The notes below the pieces were generated by a model. That model was given only the letters and a program-made list of their open reading frames with translations. It was not told the DNA's origin and made no database searches. Position numbers and translations under genes: made by a program. From contig NC_068998.1 of the NCBI RefSeq assembly GCF_001194135.2, positions 16,684,834-16,748,833 on the forward strand: DNA of 64,000 nucleotides. The letters run 5' to 3'. The DNA is from Octopus bimaculoides. Taxonomy: Eukaryota. Below are positions 25,028-39,700 of this stretch, piece after piece; the first letter of the stretch is position 1, and each line of letters opens with the position of its first letter.

Positions 25028-27688
25028 AGATTGGCAAAGTGCTCAGTGGGGTGCAGTGTTCGTGCAAGTTGCATATCGCTGATAGCATATGTATACATTG
25101 ACAAAGTTTGTTCACGACACTAAAAGTTGGTCAGTAGTAATATACTTGTACTCTAATAGCGTACAAGATCGGTTCATTACTTCGTTCTCTCTCTCTCTCT
25201 NNNNNNNNNNNNNNNNNNNNNNNNNNNNNNNNNNNNNNNNNNNNNNNNNNNNNNNNNNNNNNNNNNNNNNNNNNNNNNNNNNNNNNNNNNNNNNNNNNNN
25301 NNNNNNNNNNNNNNNNNNNNNNNNNNNNNNNNNNNNNNNNNNNNNNNNNNNNNNNNNNNNNNNNNNNNNNNNNNNNNNNNNNNNNNNNNNNNNNNNNNNN
25401 NNNNNNNNNNNNNNNNNNNNNNNNNNNNNNNNNNNNNNNNNNNNNNNNNNNNNNNNNNNNNNNNNNNNNNNNNNNNNNNNNNNNNNNNNNNNNNNNNNNN
25501 NNNNNNNNNNNNNNNNNNNNNNNNNNNNNNNNNNNNNNNNNNNNNNNNNNNNNNNNNNNNNNNNNNNNNNNNNNNNNNNNNNNNNNNNNNNNNNNNNNNN
25601 NNNNNNNNNNNNNNNNNNNNNNNNNNNNNNNNNNNNNNNNNNNNNNNNNNNNNNNNNNNNNNNNNNNNNNNNNNNNNNNNNNNNNNNNNNNNNNNNNNNN
25701 NNNNNNNNNNNNNNNNNNNNNNNNNNNNNNNNNNNNNNNNTTTTTTGCATTTTTCACATTACCTTTATAATTTGATAAGGTAACTCATTCACCTTCGCGT
25801 GTGACTATTGCATTGTAAATATACTATGAAAGCTTTTCATTATAAAACCCACCTTGTTTATATAACATTATCAAAGCCACACGCGTTGTCATTTTCACAC
25901 ACACACACACACACGCACATAAAAATAGGTTTGCAATTAATACCGTTACGTTCTCCTTTATGTTAAACCATGTCATAAAATAAAATGCATTATTTTTAAC
26001 TTGGAGAAAAAGCAAACAAAATTCTCTAACTTTTGAATTCATTGTAAACCTCTGGAAATTAATCAGCGTATAATTAATTACTACGCGCATCAAAGTAATG
26101 GTGACCTTATCCCTAGTACTTTCATTATTGCTATGCTTCTTCGTTTTAATGTTGCCAACTTGTTGATTAGTCCTAAACTTTGTACATATGTGTCTATGTG
26201 TGTGTGTGTGTCTTAAAATTGAATTCGAATGTGCATTATTTCTAGTCGCTTCATAATAGAATTTGGTGCTGTGGACTTCGTTCGTATCACGGCCGTTCTC
26301 AAAGCAACAAACATCAGTCCTTTCCCCCCTTCAAAAAAAATGTTAGCAAAATCTTTTGGCCACCCTGCTTTATTAATGAGAAAATAAAATAAGTCTGCAT
26401 CCATATAATTCTTTCGTCGCTGTGGTAGTGGACAAGTGTAAAGGCTATTTTAATTTCGTTAAACATGGTACTTAGTCTGCCGCCCCTTTTATTTTTCGAT
26501 CTTTACTGTCTCCACCCCTAACTGTATATCTTCACCAATCGTATGACCCCTTTCTCAAAGTCATTCATACTTAAGAATGTGATTGTTGTTTATTATTGTA
26601 GCTACTTGGCGTCGTATATTGAAATACCCCTTGTTTTAGGTATTTTACTGCATGGACACCTGTGGTGCAAAGATGCAATAAATAACTCACTGGTTGTGCT
26701 AATAGTTACTATTACACTCATCCATTCAACACATATTTTGACTATGAGGGTATATCTGGAAGTATTGTTTGAAATAAAATATTTATTAAACTCCAGCTTG
26801 GCTCTGATGCAGCAGATTTATAATCAAGTGCATTCCAACCGTGGCCACCCGATTTTTTCCTAGGTGCTGGGGAAATCATAACCTTATTAAATGTGTACTT
26901 CTTTTCTAAGACGGTAGAATGTGAGTTGGAGGAGATTTCGCTGTCATTTTTAGCAGTTCGATCGACCATGTAAAAGCTTCTTCGCTGGCTGTCAAATTGG
27001 CTCTCAGAACGGAGGTCTGTTTGCGAGATGTCTCGGGAATCTAAATCTTCTATACATTAGTATTTATTTATTTATAAAAGTTTTTTTTTTTTTGTAAGAG
27101 GTGCGTTGTATACCGTAGCTTTCATGGATGGCATTAAAAATAGAGAGATACGAACTTTCTTGGGTAGTGATTATAGCCTATCCTCTAGTAAAACGTATAC
27201 GATATACTTCAGACAAAACACTCGTTAGTTTCATTGTTCCCGCTGTCTTTTTCAACGAAAACTCTCACAGATCTGGTGAAATACGAGCTGAGCTATCTAT
27301 TCTTTCTGGAGATACAGAAAAAGAAATTTTGGCATTTGTAGCTCACATTATTATTGATACAGTAAGAGACATGCGACTAGTGACNNNNNNNNNNNNNNNN
27401 NNNNNNNNNNNNNNNNNNNNNNNNNNNNNNNNNNNNNNNNNNNNNNNNNNNNNNNNNNNNNNNNNNNNNNNNNNNNNNNNNNNNNNNNNNNNNNNNNNNN
27501 NNNNNNNNNNNNNNNNNNNNNNNNNNNNNNNNNNNNNNNNNNNNNNNNNNNNNNNNNNNNNNNNNNNNNNNNNNNNNNNNNNNNNNNNNNNNNNNNNNNN
27601 NNNNNNNNNNNNNNNNNNNNNNNNNNNNNNNNNNNNNNNNNNNNNNNNNNNNNNNNNNNNNNNNNNNNNNNNNNNNNNNNNNNNNNNN

Positions 27689-27746
<58 letters not shown>

Positions 27747-30700
27747 GAGTTGTCTCAGAGACTGTAAGTCAGGGTAAATATGTATTCATATATCAGTCAA
27801 TAGAGTGGGTATATTATCCGAAATATATAGTATTATATATCTATCACGGCTGATCTTACCAGTCGGTTTCGCGCAAGGAATACAATAGAGTGTTCGGTAA
27901 CAATCTGATTATATAACCTTACGCTCATCAGAGTTAGCCGATAGTACTCACCAAGAGGTCAGATATATAGCTTTTAAACTAGGTACAGAAGACAGGGTAG
28001 AGACTCTGGAGAAGAGCTATAGAACATGAACATTAGATGATGATTATTAGTTTCAAGTTAATTCAGCACTGAATTACATATCTTCCACCACAAAATTAAA
28101 TATTTTCTTATTCTTATTTGTCCTGCTAACAAGTAAATCATTCTGTGATGTTTAATCAGTTTTATCCAAACTACAGTCATAATTACATTTGGTGAAGCAA
28201 TGACAGTAAACAACTATTGAAAATGCATTGCTTTAATATTATGGGCAATATTTAAAGTGGCAAGCGAGCAGAATTGTTAATGTGATGGATGGAATGATTT
28301 GGGGAGTTTCTTCCAGTTCTTTACATTCTGAGTGCAAATATCACTGTAGTCAAGTTTGCTTTTTATTTTTTCAGAGTTACTAAAGTAAGTACTAGTTTAA
28401 CGCTGGGATTGGTGTTATTGACTAACCACTCCTAAAGATTGCTGGCCTTATGTCAAAATTAGAAGTAATTATTCTGAAGCAGTCAATGATTGGCAGAACC
28501 AGTTGAGCAATGGATTTTGTTCTGACTCTTTATATTCTGAATTCAAATGCCACTGAGATCAATTTTGCCTCTCATCCTTCCAGTGAAAATAAAATAAGTA
28601 CTGGTCAAATACTCATCATCATCATCATCATCATTTAATGTTCTCTTTCCATGCTGTTTTTGTCTATCGAATCCACTTGCAAGGTATTGGTTGGTCTGAG
28701 GCAATAGTAGACGACACTTGTTCAAGGTGTTGTGTTGTTGGACTGAACCTGAAACCTTGTGGTTGCCAAGCAAACTTGTTAACCTCACAACCATGCCTGT
28801 AACACTTTAGTGTCATATTCAGTGTGCCAGGACTCAAAAATAGCTGAAAATAGCTGTTATACAGTATCCGTTTGCTGGCTATCTATTGCATCACCCAGTG
28901 TGGCTTCTGACATCTTTATTCAATTCATTGACCTACATTGAGTATTATTAGTTTCAATATTCATAACTTACAGCCAATGTCTGTAAAGCTTTTGACTCTG
29001 TTCTCTCTTATCTGTTATCTATCTATATAAAGATGAGAATGTGTGTCTGTCTGTCTGTCTGTGTGAATCCCTAAAACTTGAGAACTACACAACCAATTTC
29101 ATACAAATTTTACACATGCCTTACTTAGGGTTCATGTAGTGTCATAGGCCAAAAAAAGTTTTTAACTTCTTGCCTAGTGCGAGCCCACAGCAATATCATA
29201 TTTCCTCCACTATTTCAGTATTACGTGTCAAAAGTGAAACAATAACATCTCTCTATTGTAATGTCAGATATTTTCACTTTAATAGTTTCGCTTTAATACT
29301 GAAACTATATACACAGGCATACATACATGCATATATATAATACACATATATATAATACACATATATATATATATACGTATACATCTGCACAAATGTATAT
29401 ATATAGATGTACATATATATGCATGTATATATATAGATGTATATATATACATGTATATATATATAGATGTATATGTATACATCTATATGTATAGCTGTAT
29501 ATGATATTTGGAACTAAGATTCAATGCATAAGGGTGGGTATAATGCAGTATGTTTGGTTTGAATTTGAGATGGTTTAAAGGGGGCAGAGCACTCATGAAA
29601 ATTCATAAATTTTTAATGTTGATGAAATTTCAACCATGGGTAATTGACACACATCAAGAAGTATTCTCAAAGTTTCCACTTCTCTGAGGATTCTAAGACC
29701 CCCTAATGGGGGGCCTTAACCCCCAAATTTTAGTCATTTTTTAATGATCCAAAACTATGGCAAAAGTACTGAATAGATCTTTATGAAATTTGGAAATTAT
29801 ATTCTATGCATAAGGGCCATAACCCCCATGAAAATTCATATATTTTTGTTGTTGCTGAAATGTAAGAAAAGTGCTGAAGCATCTCATACAAAACGATCAT
29901 GTAGATGCCATCTTCAACTGGGAACAGTCATGAGGTAGTGATTAGATGATGTGATGGGTGCAGAGATGTATATAGTATTGCAGACATTTAGTTTTATGGT
30001 GAGAAAGAGAGCAAGAGTACTTGGGTGTCTGTGTGTCTGAAATGCAAATAGGAGGTGAAAGAAGCTCATGTAAAGAGTTTAGAATAACAAAGATTCTGCT
30101 TCCGCACTTGCAGTATTGATGTAATGTGAGAGTAAGAGTCCTGAAATGTATAAGTGTTGAAGTCATCATCTTTAATGATTTTGGAACAAGGAGAAGTGAG
30201 ATATATATGTTCTTCATGCAGGAGGAGATTTGATCAAAGTGTTGGTGGTTTGAAAAGTTCAGAGAACGAGACGTGGAACAGATATCTCTGGGAGAATAAG
30301 TGAGAGAGATTTTGAGCCAGAGTGAGAGAAGGGGTGTATGAGCCTGGGGGAACGAGGGAGAGATTTCAAGCTTGAGTAACTGGAAGTTGTTATCCATAAA
30401 TTTTTCTCTCTAAAACAATTTTTGTTTCATTGAATATCTTAATGAAATTAGGCTGGTGGGGAGGTTGTCTGTAAAAAGTACTGGTGTGGGTTCCATGATT
30501 TTTGGCAAATAATGAGTTCCATGCCAAAATAGATTTAGAAATTACTATTCTAAGACTTGGAAACACAAATGGTATAATTCTGGTGAAACAGCGCCAAGAG
30601 AAGTATTTAGCCAAGAATAACTCCACTTTTTATTTGCTGAGCTGGGGATTGTGTAAGACTGAATATTGATTATAGGTATCCAAATAATCAGAGACAGACC

Positions 30701-33700
30701 AAGCAAAATTTGGAATAAGCTAACAGAATCAAGGGTCATTGTCATTTTTATTAAGTGTCTACTTTTCCATGCTTGCATGTGTCTGGCTGAATTTGTCAAG
30801 ACAGTTTTTTCTATGGCTGGAAGCCCTTCCTGTCTTCAACCTTCACCTGTTTCCAAGCAAGGTAATATTTATCTATGGTCAGTTATGTTTTCTACTGAAG
30901 ACTGGAAAGAACAACATAGCTTTATGACTGTGATGCTCATTTACAACTATGCTGTCTAGACAAGGGTACATACACAAACACACACACACACACACACACA
31001 CACATGTCTGATGGGCTTCTTTCAGTTTCCCTCTACCAAATCCACCCGTAAGGTTTTGGTCAGCTTGAGGCTCTTGTAAAAGACACTCACCCCCAGGTGC
31101 TGTGCTGTGGAATGAACCCAAGACCAGATGGCTGGGAAGCAAGCTTCTTAACCACACCTATGCCTATTTAAGGTAAATTGAGAATAACAATGGAAGCAAT
31201 AAAACTCATTGGTTGTTATTTGTATTTTTCAGTCTGCTCCTGAAGCAAAGGAAATTTACCTTTTGATGAAGAAAGAATACAGGATATCACGAAACATCCG
31301 AGCAACATGGTATTTCAACCATTTAAATACCACAATGACATTTGTACCTCCTGTAAGCCTTGTAAGTATGTGGCTATTCACATTCATTTATGAAACCTTG
31401 TAGATGTTTAAATTTTGAAGTGCAGAAGTTGTCAATAAGTACCTCTGTTTATCATATCATTTTTTTAAAAATAAAAACAGAATAACAATACAATTTCAAA
31501 TTAATTAATTTTTTTACAATATTTTTGTGGGCAAGATGACATGCTCAATCATTAATTAACCTATCAGAAAAGTTGAAAAGATAATAGTTTGAATGGAACA
31601 GTTGACAGACAAGACAGTTGAAAAGTAAAAGTGTCTCATTGCTTGGGAAGGTTTATGACTGTGATAATACTTAGAGATGTTGTATGTAATCTCTACAGTC
31701 AGTAGTAATTAGAGTAGTATCTATTTAACAATGACACATCCAGAACACTTAGTCCTTTCATGATTTGTCCTTTTTTATTTTGTTTTAAATATAAGTGTAC
31801 TGTGAATCTTGAAAATTTTGGAGAGGAAAATGTTATTGTTGTTATATGCAACAGAAGTAGTATCAGATTAACTCTTTTGAAATCAACCTACCTGAAGCAG
31901 CCCTGGATTCTATGGCATAAACTTACTGTTCTAAAGAAGTTTAAATTATAATCTTCCATCAAAATTTGTTCTCGACCCCAGCTTAATAATGAGAAAGTTA
32001 TTTTAGTAAATTCTTCATTATACTAATATTGCCTCTATTGCTTGACAGGAGCTTTTTACATACCAGGTATGCAACACCAGCATCGGCCACATTGCCTTCA
32101 TGAGACTCAAACAAAAAATAAATATGTAAATGTTTGAATTTTCCAATCTATTCTAGTATTTTAAAAAGTTGGTTTTCATAATCATAATGGAACTTTTTCA
32201 TGTAATTTAAAAAAAAAAAATGAATGCTTCACATTTATGTTTGTCATTTTTAAAAATGTGTAACATTTTTTCTTTTACTTCAAGTCTGATTTATCATCAG
32301 AAGAACTGATAGTGTTGTCTGTGATCCCAGAGAAAAGCTATGTCACCTTCCAGCCAGGCAAAGAACATTCTTTCAAGCTTACCACACGCACCAAAGTGAT
32401 TTTCATGTCCACACAGTATAGAATTGCATTCGCCCTGGATCTAAGCCCGTCTGTGTCCTCTTTGGTAAGCTTTTTGTTTTTATTTTTCTAATTGTGATGT
32501 TGCAATTATAAAGTATTAAATATAATGTTGTATTAAGTATAGCATAGCATTAAATATAAATTGGTGTTGTAGGAGCATTCTTCATAATAATGGTTTCAAA
32601 TTTTGGGGGAAGAGTTAAATTAATTACATCAACCCTAGTGTTCAACTGGTACTTATTTTATCAACATTGAGAGAATGAAAGGCAAAGTTGACCTCTGTGG
32701 CATTTGAACTCAGAACGTAAAAACAGACAAAATTCCACTAAGCATTTTACCTGGTATACTAATGACTCTGCCAGCTCGCTGTCTGAACATTCTTTATTAT
32801 ATTGCTGAAATTATAGACGCCCCAAATTGGGGTGGTGTTGAGTTATATACTTAAATGATTATTTTAGAAAATCTACTTACTATGCAAGGGATACTGAGTA
32901 TTAATTTCATTGGAAAAGGAAACCAGCATTGCCAGACTTGGCTATCAGAAAAATATTCTTTTCTACTCTAATCACAAGGCCCAAAATTTTGGGTGAGGCG
33001 GGGGGGGTCTGTCAATTAGATCGACCCAGTACACAACTGGTACTTAATTTATTGACCCCCCCCCCAAAGGATGAAAGGCAAAGTCGACCATGACGGAATT
33101 TGAACTCAGAATGTAAAGTCAGACAAAATACTGCTAAGCATTTCGCTTGGTGTGCTAACATATCTGCCAGCTCGCTGCCTTATATTCAGAAAAATATTAA
33201 GATCAAAATTTAGAAATGCTGTTGAAATGGCGATAAGATACCTGAAGGTTTGTATTACCATAGAGTAGAAGAAACTCAGAAAAGTCCCTGAGGTAGTTTT
33301 AATTTTCTGTTAGCTATTTCGTTTTAGGTGTGACTTGCAAAATGCACTGATATTTAGAAAAAGTGAGTATTATTTAATGCGCTGCACCAGTGTAAGTATA
33401 TTCTTGGGAGGAAAGTGTAACACATTCACCCGTCTCTGTTTCAGAACAATTGTAATATTTGTTTTTTATATTTTATCTTTTACTTGTTTTATTGTTTTAG
33501 TCATGGGACTATGGTCATGCTGGGGCACTACCTTGAAGGGTTTAGTTGAGCAAATCGATCCCAGTACTTAGTTTTAAAATCTGGTACCTAGTCTATCAGG
33601 CTCTTTTATCAACCCTTGGAGTTAAGGGGATGTAAACAAACCAACACCAATTGTCAAGTGGTGGAGGGGATAAATGTGCCTTCAGCCAGGTTCCTCACAG

Positions 33701-36700
33701 GCAAGACACATAGGTATAAAATCTTCTGGGAAGGTAACAGTGAAGGGGTAGGTGGTGTGGGCATACTTCTTGCAGAGAAATGGGTGGATAAGGTCATAGA
33801 GGTAGTCAGAGTGTGTGATAGAGTACTTAAGCTCAGGCTAGTCTTGCAGAGTAGTATAACAACAATTATCTCTGCCTATGCCCCACAAGCGGGCCCACCA
33901 AATGAACAAAAGTTGAGTGGCAATGATCTCATCTTTGTGGCTGGGGATATCAGTGGGCATGTTGAAGTGATATGTGTTGTAGTTTTTTTTTTTTAAAGCA
34001 CCAGTCCTGATTCCCGATACTTTTTGATAAGACCTTGTATAAGCCCCTCAAACAGAGTTAATAGACAAACAGTTCTATGTGGCCTTTGTGTGAGCTATCA
34101 CAAGTATTGATGGCTGTGATATTGTCATAGAAGGACATTTGAAAGGCCACATCAGAAACACCAAGGTGTGTATTGAAGCTATGGCAGTAATACCTGAAAA
34201 GGAATCAGTTATGAAGATCATTGTCATCATCATCATATAACATCTGTTTTTCATGCTGGCATGGGTTGGATGGTTTCACTGAAGCTGGTAAAGCAGGGGC
34301 TGCACCAGTTGCCATTGCCTGTTCTAGCATGGTTTCTATGGCTGGATGCCCTTCTTAGTACAAACCAATCCACAGAGTGTACTGGGTGCCATTTACATGG
34401 CACCACCACCAGTGCTTTTAACATGACACTAGTACCAATGCATTTTAAGTGGCACCAGCGGCAGAGGAGGATATTTAAAGTATATCTTATTGAAAGATGG
34501 TATTGTGCCATAAATATTTTCCTTAGAAGCTCCTCAAAATATTTGTCTGAATTGAACAAATTAATGATATTTTTCTCATTTATCTATTTTAGGATTTATG
34601 TTCAGGTCGAGTACTGTGGGATGATGTTTACACTTCTTTGAAGAACTGTCTTACTGGTTTAGTACAGCCTGTAAGTAGATTTCAATAATTATTTCTTAAA
34701 GACAACTTTATATGTAAAACACATATGCACACTATATCTCTCTCTTTCTCTCTCCCTCTCTCTTGCTCTGAATTGTTTTCACTGAACTTGCTTCAAGAAA
34801 CACTGGATTATTAGTACAAGAAGTTAATTTATAATTATTTTTGCCAAAGATCTTAATTGTTTGGGTTAAAACTTGATCTTTTTTCTTCTTGCAGTTTTGT
34901 TCACCTGGCTCAGATCTAGCTCTGACTCCATCTCTTTATGTAACAGTTGTTGCTTACACACCATTAATTGCATGTCGCAATAATTTCGTAAGTATTCATA
35001 TATTTATAAAAAACATTCTTTTGGCATTGTATTTTTAACATCCACTTCTTCATGTTTGCATGGGTTGGAAGGAGTTTATGAGGCAAATTTTCAATCAGAA
35101 TATTAATGTTAACTCTCATGTTATATTTCTTTTTAATGTAATTCAATATTGTTGTGTCTCTCTGTGTTTTACTATTCATATTGAATTTTAGCTGTTTTTG
35201 TAATATTTATAGGTCTTATGTCAAGGAGTATTGGTTACAAGAAAAAATTTAAAAACCATTCTTGGTGAATTACATCGAATGCTCAAGGAGTTTGAGAATG
35301 CTGTTTCAAAACATTTTGCATCATTAGTAACTCTTCAAATGAATTCTGTGAGTGTAACATTTTTAATACTTTTTCATGTTCATCTTTGCTTAACCCTTTA
35401 ACATTTAAATAGGCCATATCGAACCAAAATATTCTACTGGTTTTATGTTTAAATTGACCAGATTCAGCCTCTCACACCTACCCTACAATCTCATTCTAAA
35501 AATAAATAATTACATCATTGAAATCTAGGAAGCATGAGATAATGCATGATTAATTCAAAACAGTGTGAATAAATAAGGATTACATTTGACAGAGTGATCT
35601 GAATGTTAAAGGGTTAATGTAATGAACTTATTTGGGTGGAAGAGATATATTGTTAGATCTATACAAGTATTACAAATTGTTTTCCGTCTGTCATGAACCC
35701 TAGGATTCATGAGGCTGGAGCTTGGCATATAAATTACTGAGATTACATCACCCTTCCTGAATGGGATGTCAATCCATTGTAGGGTTAACTCTCCAACTAT
35801 CTACAGCTGGGTTGATTGGAGCAACCTGAAGGGAAGTAATTTGCTTTAGAACACAACACACTGGCTAGTCCAGGAATTGAAACCATGATCATAAGATCGT
35901 GAATACAACACCCTAACCACTAGGCCTGGTGCAGCCTCCTGGACCCCAGCCGAACCGTCCAACCCATGCCAGCATGGAAAATGGACGTTAAACGATGATG
36001 ATGATGATTATTGACTACTTTTCTTTTTCTTTTAATGTATAGCATGAGCTTAGTGAAGTTACCTCTTTGAATGACATACCGTCTGTTGACACAAGAAGCC
36101 GCAGATCAAAATTGGATGAGCAGAAAGTTGAAGAACTTATATCCAAACCTGAACACGGTTTTGTTAATGTTCTCAGGTTTGGTATTTTGGCTCTACAGCT
36201 GTTACCAGAAAATGCATCAGCAGGTACTGTGAAGGAGTTTACTATACATTTGCATTTGTTTTTATTTTATTAAGTTTTTGACAGAACTGAATTAACTGAA
36301 ATAAAGCAAAATTATGTAATTTACTGCTAGATCACCATTCTTTGCTTATATACATTGTAATTTTGAAGCTATCAAATCCCCCCCCCCCCCAATGCTGTCG
36401 TTATTGTTATCATCATCATTGTTTAATGTCCTCATTTCCATGCTTGCATAGGTCAGGCTGAGTTTATAGAAATAGGTTTTCTTTGCTGACCCTCACCTGT
36501 TTGCATGCAAGGTAATAATTCCCCATGGCTGAACATGTTTACGCAGAATATTGGAAATGAATGACATTCGTTTACAACCGTCACATGATGCCAAAAAAAA
36601 AAAAAGAGACACAAATAAGTGGTTGATATTAGGAAGGGCATCCAGCTATTGGAGCTTGCTGCAGTCCTTTAATTCATCAAATCCTGTCAACCCATACCAA

Positions 36701-39700
36701 CATGGAAAACAGATGTTAAAATGATAATGATGATGTCTTCAAAGACACTATAGATTACTCATGTTAAGTAAAGGACTTGAAGAATTTAGCAACAACGTTT
36801 TTACACATAGTTAATTTTACATTTTTGTATTTAATGTATCATTTTATGTTATTTTTGTGAGAGATAAAAGTATATTGTTAAATATTGCTTGGTTAATTAA
36901 TTTGGCTAATATGAAATGTAGCTTATTTATATTCACCTCATCTCCAGTATTGTTTCTCTTCGTCATCCCCATATATCTCCTTCACTGCAAAACACTTGTT
37001 TCTGTCCCCTCTTTCCTGCTTTAGTCTCCTGAATAGCTGGTACCAAAGCTACCTCCCTCAGTACTGTACCCCTACTCAGTGAAGGAGTCTTGTTTTGTGA
37101 GTTACCTGGTGACCTCATTAGTGCTGGTGCCATAAAAAAAAAGCACCCAGTACACACTATAAAGTGGTTGGTGTTAGGAGGGGCATCCAGTTGTATAAAC
37201 CATGCCAAAGCAGACATTGGAGACCAACTTTGCTCTCAGGCTGGTCAGATTCTGTAATACCATCCAGCTCATACCAACAAGGAACATGAATATTAAATGA
37301 TGACGATGATGACAAATTGTTAGTGGCACAGGGATGATACCATTATTGTAATATGTTTTATTTTTAAGCTTTTACTTAAATATTTCTGTTGTTTTTAGAT
37401 AATTTCTGTTTTAACCATATACAAGTATAGCTTGATGTTAGGTTTATTACAGGCTTAGAAAAATAAACAGTACTTAAATGTTGATAAGAAGCCTCATAAT
37501 AATAATTTTCCATGCAAGCGAAAGCAAAATCGGGATGGCACCTGTGCCCAGCGTCGCCTTTCTGGCACTTGTGCCCGTGGCATGTGTTATGGACTTTCGA
37601 GCGAGATCATTGCCAGTGCCCCTGGACTGGCTCTTGTGCGGGTGGCACATAAAATACACCATTTGAGCGTAGCCGTTGCCAGTACCGCCTGACTGGCCTT
37701 CGTGTGGGTGGCATGTAAAAGCACCCACTACACTCTCTGAGTGGTTGGCGTTAGGAAGGGCATCCAGCTGTAGAAACTCTGCCAAATCAGATTGGAGCCT
37801 GGTGTAGCCATCCGGTTTCACCAGTCCTCAGTCAAATCGTCCAATCCATGCTAGCATGGAAAGCGGATGTTAAACGATGATGATGATGGTTTTCTTTTTC
37901 TTTTAGGTATTGCAGTTGTCACTGATGGAATGGTTGGCCTTCCAGATGCCAGTATGTTTGAAGCCCTTGTTGCACAGCTCCGTAACAGTACCATCGCATG
38001 TTCATTTTTGCACATTGGATGCAGTCACCACAGTAACTTGTCCTTTGGACGGGTTCCACATACAGAGCTGATGAAATTTATTGCTACTGCCACATTTGGA
38101 GGTTATTTTGCAGTGTCACCTAGTGTTGTAAGTTATCCTGACCTCTTCCTTCTTCATCAGTGGCTAAAATTCTCAAGAGTATGAAGTAATCTTGTTGTGG
38201 CTGCTCGGTCTGTTAGGAATAGCAGCCAAATTTCTCTCAAATTACACCCTACTGTCTGATGTAGTTTTAAGTTCATTTATGTCTGAATACAAGATGTAAT
38301 GGTTACAGCTGAATTTCTTTTGGTCATAGGTTTGTTAGATCACGGTCGAATATTTACAAATGTTAAAATTCATTACTACCTTTCATTTATTTTTCCCCAT
38401 TTTTTTTTTCAAAAAAAAAAACAAAACAAACTAACTATGGGTATGGGTTGGGCAGGTTTGAAAATTCTTACATTTATGCAATTTTCTGGAGTAACAGGCT
38501 AAAGACCTAGTTATTTTGGGATTAAGGGAGAATACTGTTGTTTATTACAATGATACTGTGACCTAGTTTAAGTAATGAGATAGTTCTTTAGTTCATTTAA
38601 CTATCACAGTTAAGGTCATGTTGTAGTACTTTTTTGTATAAATCATATAACATACATAAAGGTATGCTAGCTTGTCTTCTCTGTTTTGACGCGGTAGTGC
38701 AAAAATACAACAAAAATCTAAGCTGAAACAATGTATTACTCAATTTAACTGACAATCAATAAAGCATATATTCTTTTCTTCTCTAGTCATAAGGCCCAAA
38801 ATTTTGGGGGAGGGGACCAGTTGATTAGATTGACCCCCAGTATGTAACTAGTACTTAATTTATTGACCCTGAAAGGATGAAAGGCAAAGTCAACTTCAGT
38901 GAAATTTGAACTCAAAATGTAAAGATAGATGAAATACCACCAAGCATTTCGCCTGGCATGCTAACGTTTCTGCCAGCCTGCCACTTTCTTCATAGCATAT
39001 ATTGAGAAATTGATGATGATGCTAAAACAAGATTAAACCAATAATTGTCAGGTCCAGCATTATTAAAGATAACTTGAATTGATTTGTTGTCTTTTAGTCT
39101 AAATTGTTCTTGATGTTTATGTGAAAGAAAGCTCTGGTCACAACCTCTAGTAACTGTGTAATGTTAAGGCGACATTTCTTTGCTACAGAAAAACTGAAGC
39201 TTCTATAAGCATAATTTGCTGGTTAGCTGATCAATCTAGAACATATATATATTTGTTAATAATCATACTGGTAGCAAAGTAGTATAATATAGAAGCAAAC
39301 TTAGCTCTTCATTTGGTTGAGATTGTTTGGATTTATCACTCTATCCTGTTGCAGGATTACTAATTTTTACCAGCTGAAATGGACTGGAGCAACATAAAAT
39401 GAAGAATTTTGCTCAAGAACACAACACATTGCCTAGTCAAGGAATCAAAACTACAATATTACAATCATGAGTTCAAGACTCTAACCATTAAGCCATGCGC
39501 CTTCACATATGCAAAGTTGGGTCTCCTTTAAGTTTCAATACTTTTTTCCTGAATACGTACATCAGAAATTGGGGTGCATCTAATATGTTTGTGTGCCATT
39601 TATACCATCAAATACATATTTAATGGCATAAAAGGTTATTGATTTGACTTCAAGAGTTTGGTTAGATTTCATAATTTAGTTGTTACATGTTTCTGATGTA

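Noticed and set aside
26743-26770. Mariner-like end TA|TGAGGGTATATCTGGAAGT
   Set aside because: No matching opposite TIR was found, so an element cannot be delimited.
27128-27384. 85 open codons running into a gap ([12 protein letters not shown]...)
   Set aside because: No recognisable motif, no splice support and inside SZT2 intron 1; compatible with chance. A blastx hit would change this.
25089-27748. Long ORFs made mostly of X (also 53820-54472 and 56786-57262)
   Set aside because: Artefacts of reading through assembly gaps.
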